A stretch of 64,000 bases of DNA from Octopus vulgaris (Eukaryota), in contig OX597818.1 in assembly GCA_951406725.2 (NCBI GenBank), positions 38,750,001 to 38,814,000 of the forward strand, given 5' to 3'. Shown piece after piece: positions 40,401-52,204 of the stretch (the stretch's first letter is position 1; each line of letters starts with the position of its first letter). The notes under the pieces were generated by a model that was not told the origin of the DNA, did no database searches, and was given only the letters and a program-made list of their open reading frames with translations. Position numbers and translations under genes: made by a program.

Positions 40401-42803
40401 CAAGCCGTAATCCCATCTCTTCCCATCTCTTCCCATCTCTTCCCATCTTTCAGCCATCTTTCAGCCAGTGGCGGTCTTTTTTCCTCCTCTTACCATTACG
40501 ATTCTACAATTTAAATTCCCAATTCAACTAACTTACTTCTTAAATTTCAACTCCCGATCGATGTCCGCAGCAAGTTCTTTAAAAATTTATCTTAATATTT
40601 CCATTCGTTGTTACTACGTTTATTCATACATTGTTACGAAAATTTAACCTTTTAAGGCTACTTTCAAGCCTTCGCCATAACTTGATTTATCTTTCTATCT
40701 CTCTCTCTACAAAATTTAACCTTAGGCGAGGCTACCTCAAGCCGTAATCCCATCTCTTCCCATCTCTTCCCATCTTTCAGCCATCTTTCAGCCAGTGGCG
40801 GTCTTTTTTCCTCCTCTTACCATTACGATTCTACAATTTAAATTCCCAATTCAACTAACTTACTTCTTAAATTTCAACTCCCGATCGATGTCCGCAGCAA
40901 GTTCTTTAAAAATTTATCTTAATATTTCCATTCGTTGTTACTACGTTTATTCATACATTGTTACGAAAATTTAACCTTTTAAGGCTACTTTCAAGCCTTC
41001 GCCATAACTTGATTTATCTTTCTATCTCTCTCTCTACAAAATTTAACCTTAGGCGAGGCTACCTCAAGCCGTAATCCCATCTCTTCCCATCTCTTCCCAT
41101 CTCTTCCCATCTTTCAGCCATCTTTCAGCCAGTGGCGGTCTTTTTTCCTCCTCTTACCATTACGATTCTACAATTTAAATTCCCAATTCAACTAACTTAC
41201 TTCTTAAATTTCAACTCCCGATCGATGTCCGCAGCAAGTTCTTTAAAAATTTATCTTAATATTTCCATTCGTTGTTACTACGTTTATTCATACATTGTTA
41301 CGAAAATTTAACCTTTTAAGGCTACTTTCAAGCCTTCGCCATAACTTGATTTATCTTTCTATCTCTCTCTCTACAAAATTTAACCTTAGGCGAGGCTACC
41401 TCAAGCCGTAATCCCATCTCTTCCCATCTCTTCCCATCTCTTCCCATCTTTCAGCCATCTTTCCGCCAGTGGCGGTCTTTTTTCCTCCTCTTACCATTAC
41501 GATTCTACAATTTAAATTCCCAATTCAACTAACTTACTTCTTAAATTTCAACTCCCGATCGATGTCCGCAGCAAGTTCTTTAAAAATTTATCTTAATATT
41601 TCCATTCGTTGTTACTACGTTTATTCATACATTGTTACGAAAATTTAACCTTTTAAGGCTACTTTCAAGCCTTCGCCATAACTTGATTTATCTTTCTATC
41701 TCTCTCTCTACAAAATTTAACCTTAGGCGAGGCTACCTCAAGCCGTAATCCCATCTCTTCCCATCTCTTCCCATCTTTCCCATCTTTCAGCCATCTTTCA
41801 GCCAGTGGCGGTCTTTTTTCCTCCTCTTACCATTACGATTCTACAATTTAAATTCCCAATTCAACTAACTTACTTCTTAAATTTCAACTCCCGATCGATG
41901 TCCGCAGCAAGTTCTTTAAAAATTTATCTTAATATTTCCATTCGTTGTTACTACGTTTATTCATACATTGTTACGAAAATTTAACCTTTTAAGGCTACTT
42001 TCAAGCCTTCGCCATAACTTGATTTATCTTTCTATCTCTCTCTCTACAAAATTTAACCTTAGGCGAGGCTACCTCAAGCCGTAATCCCATCTCTTCCCAT
42101 CTCTTCCCATCTCTTCAGCCATCTTTCAGCCATCTTTCAGCCAGTGGCGGTCTTTTTTCCTCCTCTTACCATTACGATTCTACAATTTAAATTCCCAATT
42201 CAACTAACTTACTTCTTAAATTTCAACTCCCGATCGATGTCCGCAGCAAGTTCTTTAAAAATTTATCTTAATATTTCCATTCGTTGTTACTACGTTTATT
42301 CATACATTGTTACGAAAATTTAACCTTTTAAGGCTACTTTCAAGCCTTCGCCATAACTTGATTTATCTTTCTATCTCTCTCTCTACAAAATTTAACCTTA
42401 GGCGAGGCTACCTCAAGCCGTAATCCCATCTCTTCCCATCTTTCAGCCATCTTTCCGCCAGTGGCGGTCTTTTTCCTCCTCTTACCATTACGATTCTACA
42501 ATTTAAATTCCCAATTCAACTAACTTACTTCTTAAATTTCAACTCCCGATCGATGTCCGCAGCAAGTTCTTTAAAAATTTATCTTAATATTTCCATTCGT
42601 TGTTACTACGTTTATTCATACATTGTTACGAAAATTTAACCTTTTAAGGCTACTTTCAAGCCTTCGCCATAACTTGATTTATCTTTCTATCTCTCTCTCT
42701 ACAAAATTTAACCTTAGGCGAGGCTACCTCAAGCCGTAATCCCATCTCTTCCCATCTCTTCCCATCTCTTCCCATCTTTCAGCCATCTTTCAGCCAGTGG
42801 CGG
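31414..42803. repeat. Satellite array, ~337-bp unit, ~34 copies (last partial)
   Basis: Unit begins GATCGATGTCCGCAGCAAG; essentially invariant except for an internal (CATCTCTTCC)n(CATCTTTCAGC)m block. Confidence 0.98.
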
Positions 42804-44403
42804 TGCGCCCGCCCCCCCACCCCCACCACCAATACCGATGAACACTGTTCTCACCCCCACCACCAATACCGGTGAACACTGTTCTCACCGCCAACACCAC
42901 CAATACTGGTGAACACTGTTCCTCACCCCCACCACCAATACCAGTATACCCTGTCCTCACCATCTACACCGGATACGCCTTACCATCTACACCGGGTAAG
43001 CCCTACTCCCTCCTCCTCCTCCCCCACTACCCCTTCTCCTCATATGCTTTCACTGTGAAAAGACAAGCTGCTAGCGCCATAGCTCATCAACTGCCCACCG
43101 ATCTTACGCTTCCTCCGGACACTGCTTCATTCCGACTATCCCCCTTTAGCACCCTCCCGCCTCGTAATATCCTACGTTTTTATTTCTTAGGAACCTACAC
43201 CAACCCTTCCTGCCATCGTTCCTCCTTACCCCAACCTTCCCCACTGGTTGCTCCCCTATATTACCCACCTCAACTGACCCCCCTCCCCAACTCAACTCTA
43301 GAATATCTGTATTCTTTCCTCTACCTAATAACGTTACTCAGTGACGATAACGAATGTCTTTATTTCTTAGGAACCTACACCAACCCTTCCTTACTCAGTG
43401 ACGATAAATGCTGTGACTACAAAGACCTGGGCTGCTTTCTGCAGCAATTCCACATACCCCCTACTCATTCTAAGTACCCCAGATCCCCAAAGTACCCTGG
43501 ATCCCCAAAGTACCCCGGACCTCGTTGCCCCCGTGCCGCTGACACGTTAAAATGCTCGAACCGATCGTGACGATGCCGGACCCTCCGGCCCCTGTGCAGG
43601 TGGCACGTAAAAGCACCCAATCCACTCACGGAGTGGTTGGCGTTAGGAAGGGCATCCAGCCGTAGAAACTCTGCCAGATTCAGACTGGAGCCTGGTGCGG
43701 CCCCTGGCTTCCCAGACCCGGTCAAACCGTCCAACCCGTGCTAGCGCGGAAAGCGGACGTTAAACGATGATGATGATGATGATGATGATATATAGTTAAT
43801 CCAAACAAGAAAACACAGAAAAAAAACAGCAACGCGAGGACGTGGAACAATTAAAGTATTATTTGACGCTCAGGAAAGAAGGGAAGGAGGGTTTGTTTTT
43901 GGATTGGGTTTGTAAGATTCTTTATGTGAGTTCGTGTGTTGAAGCATATATGCTTGGGTCTGGGGAGTCATTCTCTTTTGGTGCCTTATAATTTAATGCA
44001 CTCACCGGTAAAATTTCCACTTATTTCTGTTTTTACTTTTTTATATATTTTTCTAAAATTTTCGTCGCAACATGCAATGATGAGTGTGTTAAATTATAAG
44101 GCACCAAAAGAGAATGACTCTCCCCAGACACAACAGAATATATATATATATATATATCATCATCCTCGTTTAGCGTCTGCTTTCCATGCTGGCATGGGTT
44201 GGACGGTTCGACTGGGGTCTGGGAAGCCAGAAGGCTGCACCAGGCCCAGTCTGATCTCTCGGTGTTTCTATGGCTGGATGCCCTTCCTAACGCCAACCAC
44301 TCCAAGAGTGTAGTGGGTGCTTTTTACGTGCCAGATGAGGCTGGCAAATGACCACGATCGGATGGTGCTTTTTACGTGCCACCAGCACGGATGCGAGGCG
44401 AGG

Positions 44404-44440
<37 letters not shown>

Positions 44441-44447
44441 CATACAT

Positions 44448-44547
44448 NNNNNNNNNNNNNNNNNNNNNNNNNNNNNNNNNNNNNNNNNNNNNNNNNNNNN
44501 NNNNNNNNNNNNNNNNNNNNNNNNNNNNNNNNNNNNNNNNNNNNNNN
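44448..44547. other. Assembly gap (100 N, unsized)
   Basis: Exactly 100 N directly after a (TA)n tract. Confidence 0.99.
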
Positions 44548-44719
44548 AGACTTCTAAACTGAAATAGAAATTCACATACCTAAGTTACCTAATTACATTT
44601 TCTTGGATACAAATTAAACAAAGATCTTTTCAAATATTTAATAATGGTTTCATATTTTGGCACAAGGCCAGCAATTTCGGGGCAGTGGGTTAGTTAATAA
44701 CACTGATCCCAGTGCTCAC

Positions 44720-45442
44720 CACATGACCATACCAGCGCAGTCATCTCTCTTACACACCACATCTGATGCTTCTTAGGTCCAACTTTTCTCTCAAGGTACT
44801 TACACTCTGTCGAGTATGCACACTGACATTACACATCCATCGGATCATACTGGTTTCATTCCTTGCAAGCTTATGCATGTCCTCAGCAGTCACAGCCCAT
44901 GTTTCACTGCCATGTAGCATGGCTGTTTGTACACATGCATCATACAATCTACCTTTTACTCTGAGCAAAAAGCCCTTTGTCACCAGCAGAGGTAAAAGCT
45001 CTCTGAACTTTGCCCAGGCTATTCTTATTCTAGCAGCTACACTTTCTGCGCACCCTCCCCCGCTACTGACTTGGTCACCTAGGTAATGGAAGCTATCAAC
45101 TACTTCTAGTTTTTCTCCCTGGAAAGTGGCGGAATTTGTTCTCTGTGCATTTTCAGTGTTTATTGCTCCCGAGCATCTGCCACATACAAAAACTATCTTT
45201 CCACCTCTTATGTGTCCATAGCTTACACTGGGTACATCTTATAGAGTTTCTACCTACGCCTCTACTACAGATCGAGCAGGGCCATCTACCTGAAGGGATT
45301 TGTGGTTTGCCTTCCTTCCTACTTATTAGGACTTTGGTTTTAGCTAGGTTGACTCTAAGGCCCTTCGATTCTAATCCTTGTTTCCACACTTGAAACTTCT
45401 CCTCTAGTTCTGATAGTGACTCAGCAATTAGAGCAAGGTCAT
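44720..45442 (-). mobile_element. RTE-clade LINE, RT C-terminal fragment
   Basis: DLALIAESLSELEEKFQVWKQGLESKGLRVNLAKTKV and VKGRLYDACVQTAMLHGSETW; frameshifted. Confidence 0.85.
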
Positions 45443-45892
45443 TAACCTCTCTGCAATCTCTCACACAGTTATATGACAATCAGATTCAATTATGGCTTTG
45501 ATTCGATCATCATCAACTTCAGTAGGTCGACCAGAACATTGGTCATCTTGGAGTGAAAAATCTCCAGAATGGAATTTTTTAAAACCATTTCTGGCATATG
45601 TATTTTGTTAAGCAATCAACACGCATATCTCTTTGTAAGCCTCAGCAGCTTTCTTGCCTTTATGAAAATAAAAAAGTAAAATATGGCAAAAATGTTCGTT
45701 TTTGCACTGCATTTTAAAATTGACACTGAACTTACAGCTGTAAGCAAAATTACGCGATTTGTTCTATAGTATGTTAAAAGTAACAGTTATCAAATGTCAA
45801 AACGAAAAAATCATAACATTGATGAAAGTCATTCTAAAATATCATAACACTATCTATTTGCAAAAAACGAAATTACTTTCTTACCAACTCAG
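45443..45892 (-). mobile_element. Mariner 5' remnant (TIR plus HTH region)
   Basis: MQCKNEHFCHILLFYFHKGKKAAEA...FHSGDFSLQDDQCSGRPTEVDDD from ATG at 45712. Confidence 0.8.
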
Positions 45893-45921
45893 TGTATATG
45901 CATATAATTCCAAATGTTCAA

Positions 45922-46490
45922 TCATCATCATCATCATCATCGTTTAACATCCGTTTTCCATACTAGCATGGGTTGGACGATTTGACTGAGGGCTGGCGAA
46001 CCAGATGGCTGCACCAGGCTTCAATCTTGATCTGACAGAGTTTCTACAGCTGGATGCCCTTCCTAACACCAACTACTCTGAGAGTGTAGTATGTGCTTTT
46101 ACGTGCCAGTCAGGCGGTACTGGCAACGACCTCGCTCAAATCTTTTACACATGCCACCGGCACAGGTACCAGTAAGGCGATGCTGGTAACGATCACGCTT
46201 GAAATGTGCCTTTTATGTGCCACCGGCATGGAAGCCAGTTAGCCGCTCTGGCAACAATCATGCTCGGATGGTGCTCTTTGCACTCCGCTAGCACGGACGC
46301 CAGTCATTGAATTTGATTTTGATTTCACTTGCCTCAACAGGTCTTTGCAAGCAGAGTTTTAGTGTCCAAAGAAGGAAAAGGTACGCATAAGTGGGCTGGT
46401 TACGCCCCTGGCATAGGCCACGAGATTATGGTCTCATTTAGCTTGGCAGGTCTTCTCATGCACAGTATATTTCCAAAAGTCTCGGTCACC
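45922..46490 (-). mobile_element. Family A repeat contiguous with the RTE ORF end
   Basis: 46441-46490 matches the RTE C-terminal sequence at 57241-57400. Confidence 0.78.
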
Positions 46491-46769
46491 AGTATACAAA
46501 AATTATAACATACATGAAGATATGATATGCAGAAAAATAAAATGTGCTTTTCTTAAATGTAATTCTGAAAAGACAGCAACTAATTTACAAAACATAGTGG
46601 TGAAATGATAGGGAAAATACTTAAAACTCAAGTGTTTTGCTTTATGAGACATTATGAGACATATGCCAATCATTATATGTGCAAAAGAAGAAAATTAAGG
46701 AAAGAAATGAGAAAGGGAAACAGAAGAGGAGAGAGGTAGAAGGTAAGAGAAACAACATCAGAAACTTAC

Positions 46770-46882
46770 CTCTGCAACCATTGCACTTAAATATATATCA
46801 AATAGCTTTTTTGCATAATCACTCATAAATTCTGGGTAATGATGTGCAAGGGTACCAAAAAGCAGGTAGATTTTGGCTCTCA
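46770..46882 (-). CDS. PRKDC: DNA-PKcs exon (last exon before the gap)
   Basis: ttgcag|TG AGA...GAG|gtaagt; VRAKIYLLFGTLAHHYPEFMSDYAKKLFDIYLSAMVAE vs human [38 protein letters not shown]; 113 nt, ends phase 0. Confidence 0.9.
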
Positions 46883-48114
46883 CTGCAAGAAAAGAATAAC
46901 TTTTTTTGTTGTATTTCTGGACAGTCAATATGCCAATAATAATAATAAACAAAAGCACTGGTTCAGTTTCATTATATAATAAACAATAATTGGCACTCTG
47001 TTGGTTTTGATGATAAGGGCTCTAGTTGATCTGATCAATAGAACAGCCTGCTTATGAAATTAATGCACAAGGCTGTGTGGTAAGTAGGAGTTGGCCAGAC
47101 TTTAAATTGTCTATTGTGGCATAGTTTCTCAGGTGGATGCCCTTCCTAACGCCAACCACTTTATATTGTGCTAGGTGCATTTTACACCACTGGCACTGGT
47201 GCATTTACACAGGCACGAGAGCATTTTGTGTGGCACTGACACCTGTAAAGGACAAGCCTGTATGTAATGATGACAGTGATTTTATTTGGCCTGATGTGTC
47301 TTCTCAAGTACAGCAAATTGCCACTGCTCCTGGTTCCTTGTTTCTTCAGTGAGGTCCAGCATCTGAAGATCCTTTCTCACCACTTCATTCCATGTTTTCC
47401 TGGGTTGACCCCCTTCCACAGGTTCCCAGGACACATGGGTTACTTAAATGCTGACTGTGATGGGTTAAATCAAGATGATTGCCCCTGTTGTCTCCACAGT
47501 AATTCAGGATTATCAGGCTTCAATATTGTATGTAACATATATCATCATCATCATCATCATCATCGTTTAACGTCCGTTTTCCATGCTAGCATGGGTTGGA
47601 CGGTTCGACCGGGATCTGGGAAACCAGAAGGCTGCACCAGGCCCCAGTCTGATCTGGCAGTGTTTCTACAGCTGGATGCCCTTCCTAACGCCAACCACAG
47701 GTGCAAGGCAAGGCTGGCAACAGCCACGATTGGATTGGTGCCTTTTATGTGCCACCGACACGGAAGCCAGTCTAGGCGGCGCTGGCATTGGCCACATTCG
47801 GATGGTGCTTTTTACTCAAAACAATGACACAAGCAATGACCATCAAAATGAATAATTTTGCTAGATAATATTTTAGTAGATTGAAATGGTTGACACCTCT
47901 CACTTGCAATGTTTTCATAGTTTAGTATTTAAGAAAAGAAAACTCACAAAAACACAGTTATCCTATGAGGTCAAACTAGAGTCAAATCAAGGCCTGGAGG
48001 GAAAGTAGCATATATAGTTAAAAAAACAGAAGCAAACATTTTTTATAGAGATCCCTGACTTCAGTCTTTATAGCCATAGTTATAAATATATGAATTTATA
48101 GGCAAACAACTAAC

Positions 48115-48223
48115 CAGTTAATTTAGTTTTTGATGGGTTCGCAAGCTCCATAAGGAATTTCCTGATAAGGCCTGGAATGTCCAATTCACTGATTTGGTAA
48201 TATCCTGAAGAAGCTTCAAGGAC
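48115..48223 (-). CDS. PRKDC: DNA-PKcs exon
   Basis: ttcag|...G|gttag; VLEASSGYYQISELDIPGLIRKFLMELANPSKTKLT; 109 nt, ends phase 1, matching the next exon. Confidence 0.85.
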
Positions 48224-48513
48224 CTGAATAATGATAAATTCAGTAGAATAAAGTGTGTGTGTGTGTGAGAGAGAGAGAGAGGGAGAGGAGTGAGTGAAAG
48301 GGAGAGAGAGAAAGAGAGAGAGAGAGAGAGCGAGAGAGACCAAGTGAGCACAAAGATGTAAGTTCTAATGATATTTTATCAAAGCTTCATTAACGTTTCT
48401 TACCTATGATTAAAGCTATTGTGTAAAGAATTACCAAATGACGCAGTACTGAAATTACATAGATTAGGTGTTAATTCATGTTCTTTGCAAATTTAAGCAT
48501 GTACAAACTGAAA

Positions 48514-49094
48514 CCAGGCAGCGAGCTGGCAGAAACGTTAGCACGCCGAAATGCTTAGTGGTATTTCGTCTGCCGTTACATTCTGAGTTCAAATTCCGCC
48601 GAGGTCGACTTTGCCGTTCATCCTTTTGAGATCAATAAATTAAGTATCTCTAAATGCTGAATCTCTAAATACTATTTTACACTAAGGCGGCGAGTTGGCA
48701 CAAAGTTGCCGGGTGAAATGCTTAGCAGTATTTCGCCTGCCGCTACGTTCTGAGTTCAAATTCCACCGAGGTCGACTTTGCCTTTCATCCTTTCGGGGTC
48801 GATAAATTAAGTACCAGTTACGCACTGGGGTCGATGTAATCGACTTAATCCGTTTGTCTGTCCTTGTTTGTCCCCTCTGTGTTTAGCCCCTTGTGGGTAG
48901 TAAAGAAACAGGTATTTCGTCTGCCGTTACGTTCTGAGTTCAAATTCCGCCGAGGTCGACTTTGCCTTTCATCCTTTCGGGGTCGATAAATTAAGTACCA
49001 GTTATGCACAGGGGTCGATGTAATCGACTTAATCCGTTTGTCTGTCCTTGTTTGTCCCCTCTGTGTTTAGCCCCTTGTGGCTAGTAAACAAATA
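48514..49094 (+). mobile_element. Family C SINE compound insertion
   Basis: Partial copy plus dimeric copy, bounded by GTACAAACTGAAA at 48501 and 49095. Confidence 0.8.
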
Positions 49095-50570
49095 GTACAA
49101 ACTGAAATCAATTCCAGCAAAGATATTTTATCATTATTTGTAATGTGCATATATATAAAATACATACAGGCATGGCTGTGTGGTAAGAAGCTTGCTTCAC
49201 AACCACATGGTTCCAGGTTCAGTCCCACTGCATGGGACCTTGGGCAAGTGTCTTCTACTATAACCTCGAGCTAACCAAAGCCTTGTGAGTGGATTTGGTT
49301 TATGGAGACTGAAAGAAGCCCGTCATATATATGTATATATTTAGGTGTATGTTTTTGTGCCTTTGTTCCCGCCCCTAACATCGCTTAACAACTGCTGTTG
49401 GTGTGTTTACATCTATGTAACTGAGCAGTTTGACAAAAGAGACCGATAGAATAAGTGCTAGGCTTACAACGAATTAGTCTTAGGGTCAATTTCTTTGACT
49501 ACAAAAACTCCCTTTAGCCCTTTATTGTTTGCATTATTCTGCCAAAACTAATGCTTTTTTATCCACATTGTTTTGAACTAATCATGCATTATCTTGTAGC
49601 TATGAGATTTTGATGAGGCAGCTGTTAATTTTTAAAATGATATTGTAGGGTTGGTGTGAGAGACCAGATCTGGCCAGTTTGAACATAAAACAGGCAGAAT
49701 ACTTTTGGCTCGATATGGCTGGTTTAAATCCTAAAGGCTTAAGGTGGTGCTCAAACATGGCCGCAGTCAAGTGACTGAAACAAGTAAAAAAATAAAGAAA
49801 AGAATAAGACATTTTTTTTTTCTTCAACTGGTTTCAGCTCTTGGAATGTGACAGCTGTGGTGTCAAACTCAAGGGTTTTTAGTTCAAGATATATTTGGCA
49901 CAGAACAGGAGGTACCCCAATCTATAGAAAGAAATGAATATATAACTGACAGCTACTTTAGCACTATTAATCCACACCCTCCTTCCTCTACATCTATTAT
50001 TAACATAATTCTTAAGATGAGGAGCTGGCGGAGTCATTAGAACACCAAGCTAAATGCTCAGCGGCATGTGGTCTGTCCTTACTGTCTGAGTTCAAATTCT
50101 ATCAAGATCAACTTTACCTTTCATCCTTTAGGGGTTGATGAAATAAGTATCAGTAGAACACTGCGATCAATGTAATTAATATACCCTCTCCCCTAAATTT
50201 CAAGCCTAGTATCTATAATAGAAAGGTTTATTACTATAATTCTTATGAGACAAAGGAGCCTCTGTGCAGTTGAAGAACATACCAGAGATAGCAACTAAAT
50301 CTCTTTCAAATAATATTCTGCTGCCTTAGAAAAAGACACAATAATGTGCATTGCAACTGGATTGCCTAATCAGGTCAAACCAAAAGCTAAACAACAACTA
50401 CAGTTTCTGTAACCTAGCAAGCTGTGTACCATTATGCTAACACATTTCACTTTTCTATAGAGTCTCACATCCAAATCATACACTGGTCAACTGAAATATT
50501 TATCGCTAGCACAGCATATCTATTGAATTCCTTCGTTTCTTGTCATATTTGCAACACAGGGTTCCCCCCA

Positions 50571-50963
50571 CCCCCGCCTATTTAGTCTGTAACAGGATTG
50601 AGAGATTCCTGCACTGGATGGGTGCTGCTCGCATCCTTTACATCAAATATCAATTGAAGAAAGAGTCAAGATTTTCCGTTAACAGTATAAATATTTATTC
50701 TTTGATTTGCAATATAAACATTTCCTTCCTATGGGCGAATCGGCAACCTAGGAGCTTATCAGTTTACCCCCTGCCCATTTAGCCTGTAACAGGATGAGAG
50801 ATTCCTGCACTGGATGGGTGCTGCTCGCATCCTTTACATCAAATTTTAATTGAAGAAAGAGCCAAGATTTTCTGTTAACTTCAACAGTATAAATATTAAT
50901 TCTTTGATTCGCAATATAAACATTTCCTTCCTCTGGGCAAATCAGCAACCTAGGAGCTTATCG
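50571..50963. repeat. Tandem duplication, 2 x ~195 bp
   Basis: GAGAGATTCCTGCACTGGATGGGTGCTGCTCGCATCC...CAACCTAGGAGCTTATC occurs twice. Confidence 0.9.
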
Positions 50964-52117
50964 GCTGTAGTCAAGTGGAGTGAGTCAATCCTGCCCGTTC
51001 AAGCATAGCGTGGATGTGCCACAAGGTAGCAGCTCAAGAGAGCTGCTGGAGGCATGTCTGTATCGTTCAGCTGCTAGCATCAATAAAAGGGAGATACAAG
51101 AGAATTTAGCTGCTGCTAGTTTTCTGCACATGCGCATGAGGGAACTTCCAGCAGGCCTTCCGGAAGATTCCAACCCTGCGCATGCATGCTGGAGATTTCC
51201 AAGATGGCGTCACTACAAGCCGCACGACATCTTGGAAATAGTCTTGCAATTCATATTTCACCTTCTGAAAAAGAATGTAGGCATACAATGTCAAGGTGGC
51301 AAGCTGGCAGAAACGTTAGCATGTCGGGCGAAATTTCATCTGCCGTTACGTTCTGAGTTCAAATTCCGCCGAGGTCGACTTTGCCTTTTCTCCTTTCGGG
51401 GTCGATTAAATAAGTACCAGTAACGCACTGGGGTCGATATAATCGACTTAATCCGTTTGTTAGTCCCTGTTTGTCCCCGCTGTGTTTAACTCCTTGTGGG
51501 TAGTAAAGAAATAGGTATACAATGTCTAAAATAATCTTGACTTTGATCATACATTTGGCCACTCAAGAATGATTTGAGGCTTTTGCTACAAGAACTAGAA
51601 AATTTTTAATTAAATATCAGCCACAACAACTCCCTCAGTCTGGGAAGGCTGTGAAACTCACGGGCAATACTTGCCCCACGGACGAAAATGTATGTAAATA
51701 CGAAAATATTTACTTCCCTTAGACTTGATTATGCAATTAATACACAAAATAAAAATAACCAGGTCTAAGGGAGGTAACTTTTTCATTGATTGTTTTTTAA
51801 ATTAATTTTTTAAAACCCAAATAACAGGAGCAGGTGTAGCTGTGTGGTCGGAAGTTTGAGGGCCGGAGGTAGGGAAGCTAGGGGGTCGGAGGGAAGGGTC
51901 CTGTCCTGGACTGAAGACCCGGATTGGCCTCCGCAGGTAACTGCAGAAGTCATAATGGAGGATGATATGTTCAGGGTGATGGGCTCCTTTCCCAAGGTCC
52001 AATATAGGTTTGCTTTTTGGAGCCCCGACTTGGAACTGCAGAATTGCCTGCGGGAGGCATATGCCTTGTCGGGGAGGAAAGGTAAGATAAAACACAGGTG
52101 TTATTCAAATTCTTTTA

Positions 52118-52204
52118 CTTCCGACACATGTTTCGAAGATATCACTGGTATTATTCCAAAGGAATAAAATGGTGTAAAACAATGTAATCTTCTCTTCAGG
52201 GAAG
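52118..52204 (-). ncRNA. Type I hammerhead ribozyme fold (Penelope-like element type)
   Basis: Minus strand: CTTCC-CTGAAGA-GAAGAT-(46 nt)-ATCTTC-GAAA-CATGTG-TC-GGAAG; stems I and II pair perfectly, short palindromic stem III, GUC cleavage triplet. Confidence 0.8.

Noticed and set aside
31414-42803. Satellite as a CRISPR array or retrozyme multimer
   Set aside because: The variable part is copy-number variation of two short motifs, not unique spacers, and I found no CUGANGA/GAAA core on either strand of the unit.
50980-51423. 147-aa ORF
   Set aside because: GTG start, 3' third is a family C SINE, no recognisable domain.
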